37,383 bases of DNA, taken from IMG/VR virus record IMGVR_UViG_2737471869_000016; one strand, written 5' to 3'. Shown one piece after another: positions 8,123 to 16,980 of the stretch; positions within the stretch are counted from its first letter, which is position 1; each line of letters starts with the position of its first letter. The notes under the pieces were generated by a model. The model was given only the letters and a program-made list of their open reading frames with translations. It was not told the origin of the DNA and made no database searches. Origin of the DNA: a virus. Lineage: Duplodnaviria > Heunggongvirae > Uroviricota > Caudoviricetes. The translations under genes were made by a program, and so were the position numbers.

Positions 8123-9355
8123 ATGATATCAATCAGATACATGAGGATAAATATGCAAAAATCCTTCCGATTCACCAATTCGTCCATCAAAGCCCTTCCG
8201 GCAAACACAGATACCAGATCTACAGAGCTTGAGGTATCTGATACCGAAGTTATTGGCCTCAAATGTCTCTCAGGTCGAACGGGTAACAAACGTTTCCTCC
8301 TGCGCTACACATTCCACGGTACCAAAAAAAGTATCAGTATTGGCAGATTCCCTGAAATTGATGTGGGGACAGCTCGCCAGATAGCTCGCCGTCATAAGGA
8401 GGCGATTGCACTTGGAAATGACCCCAAGGCAGAGCGCGATAATTATCGTGCGATGCCAACGCTTAGTGAGTTTTTTCACCAGACCTATGTTCCGTTCATC
8501 AAGCGCCATAAAAAGTCCTGGGATAAGGATGTTCAGCGTTTCACGCAATACATTGAACCTCGTCTGGGGAAGATACGTTACTGCGACCTTCGGGCCCGGG
8601 AAATCCAGCAGGTGCTTTTCGACATGCTTGAGGGTCGTATTCACGGCCAGCAGTATGCACCGTCTACCTGTAACAGGGCACTGGCTATTCTGAAAACTAT
8701 GGGGCGTTATGCGCTACGACAGGATGTCTTAGAGAAGAATGAAGCCGATAAGATCCCTTTGCTGAAGGAGAATAATCAGCGGACGCGCTTTTTTGACGCC
8801 GATGAGATCAGAAGGATCCTCGACGCTGCGGCACGATACCCCAATAAGGCCGCCGGGGGACTGATAGCCATGCTGCTGTTAACCGGTACACGCAAATCAG
8901 AAATGCTGAATGTCATGCACAAACATATTGATCGGGATAACAGGTCGTTATTCATTCCTTATACTAAGAATGGTCGCAGCAGAACTGTGTATCTCAGTGA
9001 TGTTGCATTATCCATTATTGATTCGATCCCACGGGCTGGCAGCAACCCCTATCTGTTTGCCGTAAAAGATAATGGAAAACCAATATCAGAACCCCGGTGG
9101 GCCTATGAAAAAATACTGGCAGAGTGCGGGATAGATAAAAGTGAAGTCTGTTTCCACACTACGCGCCATTCCGTCGCATCATTACTTGTCTCCAGCGGAC
9201 AGTACAGTCTGTATGACGTTAAAGCCCAGCTTGCGCATGCCAGTATTCAGAGTACGGAGCGCTACGCAAAACTGACACCAGAGCGAATGCGTCAGACCGG
9301 GCAGGGTGTTACCGACCTTCTTTTACCCCCCGTAGCTACCAGTAAAGAACAGTGA
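8123..9355 (+). CDS. int: Tyrosine site-specific integrase, P4-type with N-terminal arm-binding domain (~400 aa; likely start at the Met of MQKSFRFT, 8153)
   Basis: N-terminus FRFTNSSIKALPA (arm-type DNA-binding domain pattern), catalytic motifs LLLTGTRKSEM, HTTRHSVASLL, AHASIQSTERY. Confidence 0.9.
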   Translation: MISIRYMRINMQKSFRFTNSSIKALPANTDTRSTELEVSDTEVIGLKCLSGRTGNKRFLLRYTFHGTKKSISIGRFPEIDVGTARQIARRHKEAIALGNDPKAERDNYRAMPTLSEFFHQTYVPFIKRHKKSWDKDVQRFTQYIEPRLGKIRYCDLRAREIQQVLFDMLEGRIHGQQYAPSTCNRALAILKTMGRYALRQDVLEKNEADKIPLLKENNQRTRFFDADEIRRILDAAARYPNKAAGGLIAMLLLTGTRKSEMLNVMHKHIDRDNRSLFIPYTKNGRSRTVYLSDVALSIIDSIPRAGSNPYLFAVKDNGKPISEPRWAYEKILAECGIDKSEVCFHTTRHSVASLLVSSGQYSLYDVKAQLAHASIQSTERYAKLTPERMRQTGQGVTDLLLPPVATSKEQ

Positions 9356-9380
9356 TTTTTGCATCTCTTAAACGTGGAGA

Positions 9381-9638
9381 ATGATTATGCCGTTAAAGTG
9401 CCCTAAGTGCGGTAGTCGGAATACAGTCACAGAAACTGCCGGAAAGATAGCAGAAGTGACTCGCGATGACCGGTTCCTGACATCGACATCCGGTTATATT
9501 AGCCCGGAGCAATTACCAGAATTGCTTAAAGAAATCATCAGGGCGATACAACGTCTCTTTAGATTCCTTGAACAGCGTGAAAGGAATAATGCGCCAGTGC
9601 TGATCTGCAAGGATTGTGGATATTATGAAAGAATATAG
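9381..9638 (+). CDS. Zinc-ribbon protein (85 aa), function unknown
   Basis: Two CxxC pairs (CPKCG near N-terminus, CKDCG near C-terminus); SD-like GGAGA upstream. Confidence 0.55.
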   Translation: MIMPLKCPKCGSRNTVTETAGKIAEVTRDDRFLTSTSGYISPEQLPELLKEIIRAIQRLFRFLEQRERNNAPVLICKDCGYYERI

Positions 9639-9684
9639 ATGACCACTGAAGGCAATTCCAGATTCTTTAGCCTGTCTATGTAAC

Positions 9685-9713
9685 CCCGATACTTAAAACG
9701 TATCGGGTTTTTT
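9685..9713 (+). terminator. Rho-independent terminator
   Basis: CCCGATAC-(7 nt loop)-GTATCGGG perfect 8-bp stem followed by TTTTTT. Confidence 0.7.
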
Positions 9714-9731
9714 GTTTATGAGGATTATTCA

Positions 9732-10103
9732 ATGAAATTTGTCTCGAACTGGCAAGACCTGCCGTCGCTCCTTCTTCCGGAGTCAGTAATGAGTCTGTTG
9801 AAAACAGAGCTGGTACTCCCATTTGAAGATGAATACTCTGCAATGAGTTTCTGGGATGAAGTTGGGGTGACATTAATATATGTCGAGCCCGATGATGTGC
9901 CTGAAGATATTAAAGCGCAGGTATTAAATGTGATTCATCAGTTAATTGCAAATCCAGAATTTGTAGTCCGTCTGACAGATGACTATTACCTGATGCTTTC
10001 TGTTACGGAAGATAACGGGAACGGTATTTATCTGTTATTTCACCCCGATTGCCCTCTGAAGGGTATTGATTTATTAATTTCTATGGCCGAATCACGCTAT
10101 TAA
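9732..10103 (+). CDS. Hypothetical acidic protein (123 aa)
   Basis: ORF-track frame; GAGGA SD upstream; first gene of a three-gene plus-strand cluster. Confidence 0.6.
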   Translation: MKFVSNWQDLPSLLLPESVMSLLKTELVLPFEDEYSAMSFWDEVGVTLIYVEPDDVPEDIKAQVLNVIHQLIANPEFVVRLTDDYYLMLSVTEDNGNGIYLLFHPDCPLKGIDLLISMAESRY

Positions 10104-10128
10104 ACACAAGCAAAACCAGGAACGCAAA

Positions 10129-10662
10129 ATGAGTAAATCAAAATTAGTTAAAAATAATGTTGAGTCAGTTTCGAAGGAGATTAAAAATGAGGCAGAGGTT
10201 ATTCATGAAAATCTCAGTGCAGATGAACAAACATTATCTGATATAAAAGACTATCAGTTGCTCATTGAAACAGGCCAGGCAGAAAAAATCAGTCCTAAGG
10301 CAAGTGGTATGCTGACATGGCAACTGGCGATATCAGAGGTGGACAATGAACTTTATCTTCGTCTGGTGGCAAATGGCTGTGGAGGGTTGTTCTCTAAGGA
10401 CTGGATCTCACTTTCAAAGATTGCAACCGTTCTGGAAACACAACCTGCTACCGGCTTCTCATCCGGAGTATTCAGGCCGTTATTCAAAGGGGCAAGCGCC
10501 AACAATGCAGGTTTTCTGGCTGCTGTTTTACGCTCCCCGGATATATGTCTGCTGGAGGCACATCCAGAGAAGTTATTTACTCATGTATTATACCCGGACT
10601 GGAGGGAGCGGTTGAATAAACTTAATACGATCAGTAGCCAGGAAAAGATTACAGAGGATTAA
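10129..10662 (+). CDS. Hypothetical protein (177 aa)
   Basis: ORF-track frame; 25-nt gap after previous gene. Confidence 0.6.
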   Translation: MSKSKLVKNNVESVSKEIKNEAEVIHENLSADEQTLSDIKDYQLLIETGQAEKISPKASGMLTWQLAISEVDNELYLRLVANGCGGLFSKDWISLSKIATVLETQPATGFSSGVFRPLFKGASANNAGFLAAVLRSPDICLLEAHPEKLFTHVLYPDWRERLNKLNTISSQEKITED

Positions 10663-10734
10663 TTTATTTCCTGCACTGTTATACAACCAGAAATCACCAC
10701 ACACCGCTATTTACTTTCTAAAGGAAAATTTATT

Positions 10735-11169
10735 ATGCAAACCCAATATGCCTTAAAACAGGCAGGATTAACTCTGCCTGTTACTAAAGAATTTCAGCAG
10801 CATATTACTACTCTTCTGGCAAATCAGGTTTTACAAAAAATAACTGAGGCAGTGGTTATTAATTTCCGTGATCCGGACTACAGTGCAGAATCCGGGGGCT
10901 TTCATCCCGTTGAAATACGGTTTATCCGTAAGAATAATGAATGGTATTTTGATTATGTCACAGATTTTAGTTATATGGGGCGTGTCTACCCTGAGCTGGA
11001 AAAAGAAATTGATTTTTGCTGGTCGGGGAATTATGTCTTCCATTATCTGATTGGGGATATTTTACTGGCAGCAGAGAGGAATGAACTCTGGTCCCTGTGG
11101 GAGCGTAATTTTATGGAGTATCTCTCTATGGGGATTTACCGGGTAACGGTAACTGTGGAAAGTTGTTGA
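10735..11169 (+). CDS. Hypothetical protein (144 aa)
   Basis: ORF-track frame; followed by terminator hairpin at 11283..11313. Confidence 0.6.
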   Translation: MQTQYALKQAGLTLPVTKEFQQHITTLLANQVLQKITEAVVINFRDPDYSAESGGFHPVEIRFIRKNNEWYFDYVTDFSYMGRVYPELEKEIDFCWSGNYVFHYLIGDILLAAERNELWSLWERNFMEYLSMGIYRVTVTVESC

Positions 11170-11282
11170 CCCGTTATGAACAGGAAGAAAGCGGGCGGCT
11201 TTGTAATCTACTGCATGTGGCGTGCATCACAGCATGGAGATGATGTCTCTTTTTCCTGGCTGTTCGCATAAACAAGTGCAGA

Positions 11283-11313
11283 CACGGGGGATCTCAGATC
11301 CCTCGTGATTTTT
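11283..11313 (+). terminator. Rho-independent terminator
   Basis: CACGGGGGATC-TCA-GATCCCTCGTG hairpin (one G-T wobble) followed by ATTTTT. Confidence 0.6.
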
Positions 11314-11360
11314 GCCCCCTATGGTGCATTCTCCAGTAGCAGGGTGATAACGGTTAATCC

Positions 11361-11396
11361 ATTACCCCAACGACAGTATTACACCGGTAATAAATG
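11361..11396 (+). repeat. Copy A of a diverged direct repeat (25-bp core ATTACCCCAACGACAGTATTACACC)
   Basis: Matches 22147..22171 with 2 mismatches in 25 bp; flanking similarity extends to ~45 bp; contains internal inverted hexamers ATTACC/GGTAAT. Confidence 0.6.
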
Positions 11397-11470
11397 TTCA
11401 TGAATACAGTCAGTTATGTGGGTTTTGAGGTGGACTATGTCATCGTTGACGATAACTGAAGGTTTTACAG

Positions 11471-11698
11471 ATGTATAAAACTCGCGGTGAAAGGATCGCA
11501 GAAAGGCTGTGCTGGATATTACTTCAACTGTATACCGGTAATACGGTATCGGTTAATGATATATGTCAGCGTTTCGCGGTCAGTCGCCGAACCGGACAGC
11601 GTGATTTGTTGAGAGTTGAAACTGTAACGGAAACTATTTCACCTGGAAGGGTAAGGCTGGCAAATTTGATAAGGGAACGAGTTAGACGAAATTTTTAA
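11471..11698 (+). CDS. Small HTH protein (75 aa) resembling the N-terminal HTH of WYL-type regulators
   Basis: ICQRFAVSRRTGQRDLLRV parallels the N-terminal HTH of the 300-aa WYL protein ([20 protein letters not shown]). Confidence 0.5.
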   Translation: MYKTRGERIAERLCWILLQLYTGNTVSVNDICQRFAVSRRTGQRDLLRVETVTETISPGRVRLANLIRERVRRNF

Positions 11699-11733
11699 TC
11701 GAATCCATATCAATACTATAAAATATGAAAATT

Positions 11734-11759
11734 AACGGGAGTAAATATATACTCCCGTT
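11734..11759. terminator. Bidirectional terminator-like hairpin between convergent genes
   Basis: AACGGGAGTA-(6 nt)-TACTCCCGTT perfect 10-bp stem; T-rich tracts on both sides. Confidence 0.5.
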
Positions 11760-11779
11760 ATAATGCAACCTTTTTTTAA

Positions 11780-12598
11780 CTACTCAAATGATATTAATTT
11801 AGGTGCGACAGTGTTTTTATGATGTGTTGAATTTGCAAGATTAATAATATCATGAAATGATTTCATGTCGTCGTCAGTGATTTCTAGGGCTGGATCAGCT
11901 AAATCGGCACAGGTAACATTTAACCAGTGTGTTAATGAATCAATCCTGTTTGAAGTAATATATTCAGTGTGACCAACATTCCACTTCCAGTTGATTATCC
12001 GAGCTGGTCTGAATCTCACCTCCCGAACCCCAATTGGTGTTACTGACTCAACGAGAGGGTATATCGTGTTAAGTACTTTATCATGTTCACTGTAGATATT
12101 TAAATGCCCCATTTTTGAACCGTAAGCCATTTTCATTATGTTCTCTGTATAACTTGTTATTGGGGTGGCTCCGGCCATAGAGATTGTTAAGAGAATATTA
12201 TCATTTTTAATATAGGGTAATGTATTGTTTATTAATCGAGTCCCTAAAGAATGACCCATTATGATCACATTACGCTTTTCTTTAACGTATATCTCGTTTA
12301 TTACGCGTGCTAATTTTTCTCTGTTATTAACTGCTGCTTTCGTTGCATTATACCAGGCCTGACGCGCTTTAAATGGGATGGAGATTGATGACAATAAAGG
12401 AGATGTTCTCAGGGGGAAGAGAGTATATAGCCCCCACTCGTTCGCTATGTCAGAACTTAATATGGATAGTAGATTTGCCGATTCCCATTTATAGTATCTG
12501 ACATCAAGGCCACACCCTGCTTTAATTCGGTTAAACCATGATATATCATTTTCGGTCAGAAACCCTGATACAACAAGAAGAACCGGGCATTTTTTCAT
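11780..12598 (-). CDS. Alpha/beta-hydrolase fold protein (272 aa), putative serine esterase/lipase
   Basis: Nucleophile-elbow motif GHSLG (VIIMGHSLGTRL); candidate acid/base residues downstream (EHDKV); AT-rich gene immediately downstream of the WYL regulator on the same strand. Confidence 0.65.
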   Translation of the reverse strand: MKKCPVLLVVSGFLTENDISWFNRIKAGCGLDVRYYKWESANLLSILSSDIANEWGLYTLFPLRTSPLLSSISIPFKARQAWYNATKAAVNNREKLARVINEIYVKEKRNVIIMGHSLGTRLINNTLPYIKNDNILLTISMAGATPITSYTENIMKMAYGSKMGHLNIYSEHDKVLNTIYPLVESVTPIGVREVRFRPARIINWKWNVGHTEYITSNRIDSLTHWLNVTCADLADPALEITDDDMKSFHDIINLANSTHHKNTVAPKLISFE

Positions 12599-12659
12599 GG
12601 TAACTCCATTTTTTAGCTTACAAAAATAGCACTCAATGAAAATTATATTATCCGTGTCA

Positions 12660-13562
12660 TTACGGGGCGTTACTTGGCTGGGTGTAACGTTTCAGTGCGG
12701 ATTGTATATCTTCAGCAAGTTGTTGACGGATTGAGGCCGGTTGTATTACTTCGACATCCGGTATCCAGTATTTCATTAAAGGCATTATCTGATCTGTGTG
12801 TGTTACACGTGATATCACCAGTAAATCGCCAGACCGGGAAGTATGAATTATTTCCTGTCCTGGCAATAGATGACGGTGGGTAAACCACGGAGCAACATGT
12901 GCGGAAACTGAAATAAGAACTTCGATAAGGTCTTCGCTATACCAGATACCATCTGTCTTTTCTATTTTTTCATTAATTTCGGGGATTATCCTGAAAGAGA
13001 TATTACTCATGCAAACGTCTTTGACAGATGAGATAACAAAGCTTTTTAATGTACTGTCATGGGCGGCAGCGAGATACCACAATCCGTTGTCATTAACCAG
13101 TCTGTATGGCTCAACAGCCCGAAACTCTTTATCTTTGTAATTAAAATTTACTTTCTTCTGTGACAGGATGGCATCGGATAATACATTCAGAATTGACATG
13201 AATGATCCGCAGTTTTCGTATGGACGTTGTTTTATCAGAAACGGGTTGTTTTTCGTGTTACCTAACAAAATACTCAGTAGTCTGTCATCCCAGCGAGGGA
13301 ACAGCCCTTCAATACCCAGGATGCGCGTGAAATGACGTAAATCAGCATTGCTGCGTTGACCGAGAACACCGTCAGACAGGCGATAGCGACCATTTTGTCG
13401 AATCAGATTAAGATAGGACAGGCGCTGAGTAAGATCACGACGGATAGTTTTTTCGCAAACGTTAAATTCCTCAGATAACTCCCGGAAGGCTAGTGACTCA
13501 CCATTGTTCAGGCGAGTTAATATCAATCCGAGTCGATATCCAAGTTTATCGTGCTTACCCAT
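12660..13562 (-). CDS. WYL-domain transcriptional regulator (HTH + WYL), BrxR/CapW-like (300 aa)
   Basis: N-terminal HTH ([20 protein letters not shown]) and central WYL signature ([20 protein letters not shown]). Subfamily assignment is by analogy. Confidence 0.8.
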   Translation of the reverse strand: MGKHDKLGYRLGLILTRLNNGESLAFRELSEEFNVCEKTIRRDLTQRLSYLNLIRQNGRYRLSDGVLGQRSNADLRHFTRILGIEGLFPRWDDRLLSILLGNTKNNPFLIKQRPYENCGSFMSILNVLSDAILSQKKVNFNYKDKEFRAVEPYRLVNDNGLWYLAAAHDSTLKSFVISSVKDVCMSNISFRIIPEINEKIEKTDGIWYSEDLIEVLISVSAHVAPWFTHRHLLPGQEIIHTSRSGDLLVISRVTHTDQIMPLMKYWIPDVEVIQPASIRQQLAEDIQSALKRYTQPSNAP

Positions 13563-13611
13563 TCGTTTATCCGGTTAATGCCAGCGAAGAGGATATTTTC
13601 AGCAAAGTAAC

Positions 13612-13722
13612 GGACAGGATGAGTCCACTTTTACTGTGACGGAGAAAAAAATTAACTCATTAATTATCAATATATTAAAACATTGCTGGAATCATCGAAT
13701 AACATATGGACTCATCCTGTCC
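13612..13722. promoter_or_regulatory. Perfect 16-bp inverted repeat pair (GGACAGGATGAGTCCA / TGGACTCATCCTGTCC) spaced by 79 bp, 50-160 bp upstream of the WYL regulator start
   Basis: Arms at 13612..13627 and 13707..13722 are exact reverse complements, around an AT-rich spacer in the divergent promoter region between the WYL gene and the 108-aa gene. Confidence 0.55.
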
Positions 13723-13941
13723 ATGTGTATTTTTACGTTCAGGGTGATAATTATCATCCTGACCTGTACATGACCTGTTTTTGCTGCATATTTGACCATG
13801 CACTTTTGCCATCAAGTCGGAGAGGCAGGGGGGAACGTAAGATACGAAGGTTAGAGAGGTTATCAGCAATTACAATGATGATTAATATTTTCATAATATC
13901 GGAGAACATCATATTAGTTGAAATAACATAAAGGTGGTTCT

Positions 13942-14268
13942 ATGTATTTACATATCAGAAAGTATCAACTCGTAAATGCGAGATGGCGTGATGTCATTGA
14001 TCTGACAGATTATGAAGAAACAATAAGGCAGATTGTCGGTACATTATTTGGAAATGATTTTATTGAGGTCAGCGTTGAAACAAATTTTTTTACTCTGACA
14101 GTAAACAGTACAAGCAGTAAAATACCACACGGCATACTGGTGAATATGGGGAAAAGGCTGGCGGCTAATCTCCAGAGTATCACCTGTCATGCCATGCGGA
14201 TCTATCATGTTAATGGCCATCCTGACGCGCGGCAGTTATTTCACTGTTTTGATGTCGATTGCCTGTGA
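13942..14268 (+). CDS. Hypothetical protein (108 aa)
   Basis: ORF-track frame; divergent from WYL regulator, convergent with the polymerase gene. Confidence 0.5.
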   Translation: MYLHIRKYQLVNARWRDVIDLTDYEETIRQIVGTLFGNDFIEVSVETNFFTLTVNSTSSKIPHGILVNMGKRLAANLQSITCHAMRIYHVNGHPDARQLFHCFDVDCL

Positions 14269-14283
14269 TTAAGCCCCCAACTT

Positions 14284-14312
14284 CTGTTAAAGGAGTTGGG
14301 GGAGATTTAACG
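14284..14312. terminator. Hairpin between convergent genes (possible bidirectional terminator)
   Basis: CCCCCAACT-(11 nt)-AGTTGGGGG perfect 9-bp stem just downstream of both the 108-aa gene and the polymerase gene; no strong T-run. Confidence 0.45.
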
Positions 14313-14316
14313 GTTA

Positions 14317-16980
14317 TCAGGCTGGAAGACAGAATGTCGGATATTTACGGGCTATGATATCCATCAGTGACTTCATTCGCGGTGTTACAGAACTAAATTT
14401 CATTTGGGGTATTTTTGCTCTTACCGCATTTTTTACATCAGTCACCGTTACTGAATAGCCTTCTGACGTCAGCCATTCAGCAACCTCTTTACAGGAATAA
14501 CTTTTTTTATCTTTCAGCATCAGCCCCCATTGGCACTGAGTCAGCGCCCGGAGAAATAGTCTGACTAAAATATCATCACTACGTTTGCTTCCGACTTTTA
14601 GTTTCATATCAGAAAACACCGTCCGGCAATAGAGAAAATCACACCAGTCATCCCAGTCAGCCAGGGTCTTCAGTGTATGCGTTTGCCGCCAGTCGTCGAA
14701 AAGAGAGCGTTGCTGCAGAGCCTCTTCCATATTATCCCATGGGCGGGAAAACATCAGTAAATGCCCTTCATTCATGGCGGGCTGTACGGGCTGGCGTTTG
14801 AAATCGAATTCCAGATTAAGACGGATATCCTGTTCCCGGGATACCAGATCGCTTTCCGACAGCCACATCTCACGCGTTGATATCAACGTACTTCGGGATA
14901 ACGTCTGACCGGGTAAACGATTAAGGTAAAGATCTACCATATAGTCGTTATAGTCACTGCGTGGAATATCGGCAGGAGGTTTGACGCCAGCCCTGGCATG
15001 AACAACAGGTTTTCCCTGAATAGCTCTATAGGTTAACTGCCCCCGGGTTTTCATGGCGATAAGCTGGCTGACTTCATGCTTACATGTCAACATTGATGAA
15101 CCCGGATCAACAATATCGCACAGCGACTGGAAGCGGGAAGACAGTGGACCGCTCATGTTTATCTTGTTAAGTGGGCAATTTGTCAAAAAGCCATCGGTTG
15201 TGACGCTGACAACCGATGAATCAGAAGGCAAAGCATTCATGAGTTCCCCGGCAACGGCGCGGATAAATCCCGTTACATGCGCAGCAAAGAATGGCTGAGT
15301 AACCGATGATGGCGGGAGGGATCTGTTTAATCCACGGGCAGTATCAAAGGCGGTTTTGGCGCGAAGGCCCTGAGCAAGTTTGCCATAAAGCGAGTTGCCA
15401 ATTTCTTTCCAGAATTTCTCCTCCAGAGAACCTTTAATATGGCGATTACGGTTCTCACGGACCTGTTGAACAAAGGGAAGAAACACCGATGTTGATTCGC
15501 TGTTATGTGGGGAGATGTCACAGATCCAGGGGACGATGATCCCATTATGGATCGTCATCTCTGCCCCGAGCGACAGAGCAAGTTCGATTTCAGGTGCCGT
15601 TGCCCATGATTCGCCACTTAATGGAAAGAATAACCCATATTGATCGGTCCGAACCGGCAGGCTGGGATAGGGAACTGATTCCGGGAACCGAAATGTGACA
15701 AGCGCAAATCCCATTACATGCCCACAGTAATCGTCCGGATTTTTACTGAGGCGGATGTTCCCGTAATCGGGTGTGAGGATATCTAATAGCCCGGTGGTAT
15801 ACGCTCCAGCCAGATCGTAGTCATACCAGTGATCAGACGGTGTAACCCCCATCATAAAACACTCATTGCGTCCGCCGTGGTAACAGTTGATCGGGAACGT
15901 TTCAAACAACTCTCTTGAAGGAACACTGGCGGGGTTTTTAATCGTCCGGAATGCCTGTTTTTCCGTGAGCCAGAGTTCACGGGTTTTAATGTGTGTCCCA
16001 AGGCAGACTTCAGGAGACATATTGTTTTCTTTAAGTGTTTTGGTGAACCGTGAAACTGCCATCGCCCCGATGGTGGCGGGGACACGATCAATCATCAGCT
16101 CCCGGGCGCAAAAATTGCGAACCTGTAAAGCATAACGAACCGCAATCTCGGCATCCCGCAGAGCATAGGCTTCAAACCCTGCTCTGTCGCCCAGAAGATA
16201 TTCACGCATATTGGTTATGGAATAAGGTGCAGGAATGGTGAGTTTGGGAAGACCCAGTAATTCACCACATTCAGCCAGACCCATACCCCCGGGAGTGATA
16301 AGCAGTGTATCGATGAAAGCTACGTTACTGCAACGCGGAGGGGAAGTTCGTTTGTCAAACATTATCTGTTCAGTCTTTACGCGACGTTCCTGCTGTTCAT
16401 CAAAATCGATACCGTAACGATTTTTGAAGCTGCTGACAGTACCGCGTATTCCTTTCAGAAGAATTTTGTAGTCTGACCAGAAATTGGCAAAGGAGGCGAT
16501 ATCCGCACGAATGAAATGCGCATATATATTAATAATACCGGGCCATTTTGTAATCACACCCGTTTCAAGAAGCGGTGTAATCGTTTGACAGAGAAATTCC
16601 TTAAAAGACAGCCGGGATTTTTTCTGTGAGTCAGGTGGATAGATAATGTTCGATATACCTGTATTATCGGGTAAGACAACATAACTCTGATATGACAGAA
16701 TATCATTCTGTCGTGTTTCAGGGTTGAAAACATATTCGGTATCAAAACCGATATGGAGCGTCAGGTCGTTTGAAATCACAGACACGTTTTTTGATGCAGG
16801 TGGCATCACAGGATAATCATCAAGCGTTTTAGGTCTTTTACGATTGAGCACTGGCTCTGAAGTCACGGACTGATACCCCGAGGCGGCAGCGAGGATATCC
16901 TGCAAATTATGGCTCATAGTTAACTCCGAAAAAATGCCGGGAGCTGTGTCCCGGCATAAAGAATCAAGATTTAATAACAT
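14317..16980 (-). CDS. Family-B DNA polymerase of the primer-independent type (piPolB), pipolin hallmark (887 aa in ORF track; likely start at internal Met 16917, RBS GGAG)
   Basis: PolB motifs read in the translation: Exo I IGFDTEYV (DxE), Exo III YALRDAEI (Yx3D), motif B KEIGNSLYGKLAQG (Kx3NSxYG), motif C-like VTTDGF, and AMKTRGQ, i.e. the KTRG motif that I recall replacing KxY in piPolBs. Neighbours are integrase and AlpA/Xis-like genes. Confidence 0.85.
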   Translation of the reverse strand: MLLNLDSLCRDTAPGIFSELTMSHNLQDILAAASGYQSVTSEPVLNRKRPKTLDDYPVMPPASKNVSVISNDLTLHIGFDTEYVFNPETRQNDILSYQSYVVLPDNTGISNIIYPPDSQKKSRLSFKEFLCQTITPLLETGVITKWPGIINIYAHFIRADIASFANFWSDYKILLKGIRGTVSSFKNRYGIDFDEQQERRVKTEQIMFDKRTSPPRCSNVAFIDTLLITPGGMGLAECGELLGLPKLTIPAPYSITNMREYLLGDRAGFEAYALRDAEIAVRYALQVRNFCARELMIDRVPATIGAMAVSRFTKTLKENNMSPEVCLGTHIKTRELWLTEKQAFRTIKNPASVPSRELFETFPINCYHGGRNECFMMGVTPSDHWYDYDLAGAYTTGLLDILTPDYGNIRLSKNPDDYCGHVMGFALVTFRFPESVPYPSLPVRTDQYGLFFPLSGESWATAPEIELALSLGAEMTIHNGIIVPWICDISPHNSESTSVFLPFVQQVRENRNRHIKGSLEEKFWKEIGNSLYGKLAQGLRAKTAFDTARGLNRSLPPSSVTQPFFAAHVTGFIRAVAGELMNALPSDSSVVSVTTDGFLTNCPLNKINMSGPLSSRFQSLCDIVDPGSSMLTCKHEVSQLIAMKTRGQLTYRAIQGKPVVHARAGVKPPADIPRSDYNDYMVDLYLNRLPGQTLSRSTLISTREMWLSESDLVSREQDIRLNLEFDFKRQPVQPAMNEGHLLMFSRPWDNMEEALQQRSLFDDWRQTHTLKTLADWDDWCDFLYCRTVFSDMKLKVGSKRSDDILVRLFLRALTQCQWGLMLKDKKSYSCKEVAEWLTSEGYSVTVTDVKNAVRAKIPQMKFSSVTPRMKSLMDIIARKYPTFCLPA

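Noticed and set aside
11340-13750. Short motif CAGGGTGATAA occurring at ~11340 and ~13740
   Set aside because: Only 11 bp, with no extended flanking similarity; could easily arise by chance in 37 kb, so not reported as a repeat.
14317-16980. Interpretation of the large polymerase-like ORF as a conventional protein-primed or replicative PolB of a phage or plasmid
   Set aside because: The KxY motif is replaced by KTRG, no terminal-protein gene or terminal inverted repeats are evident, and the genomic context is an integrase-bearing element; the piPolB interpretation fits better.
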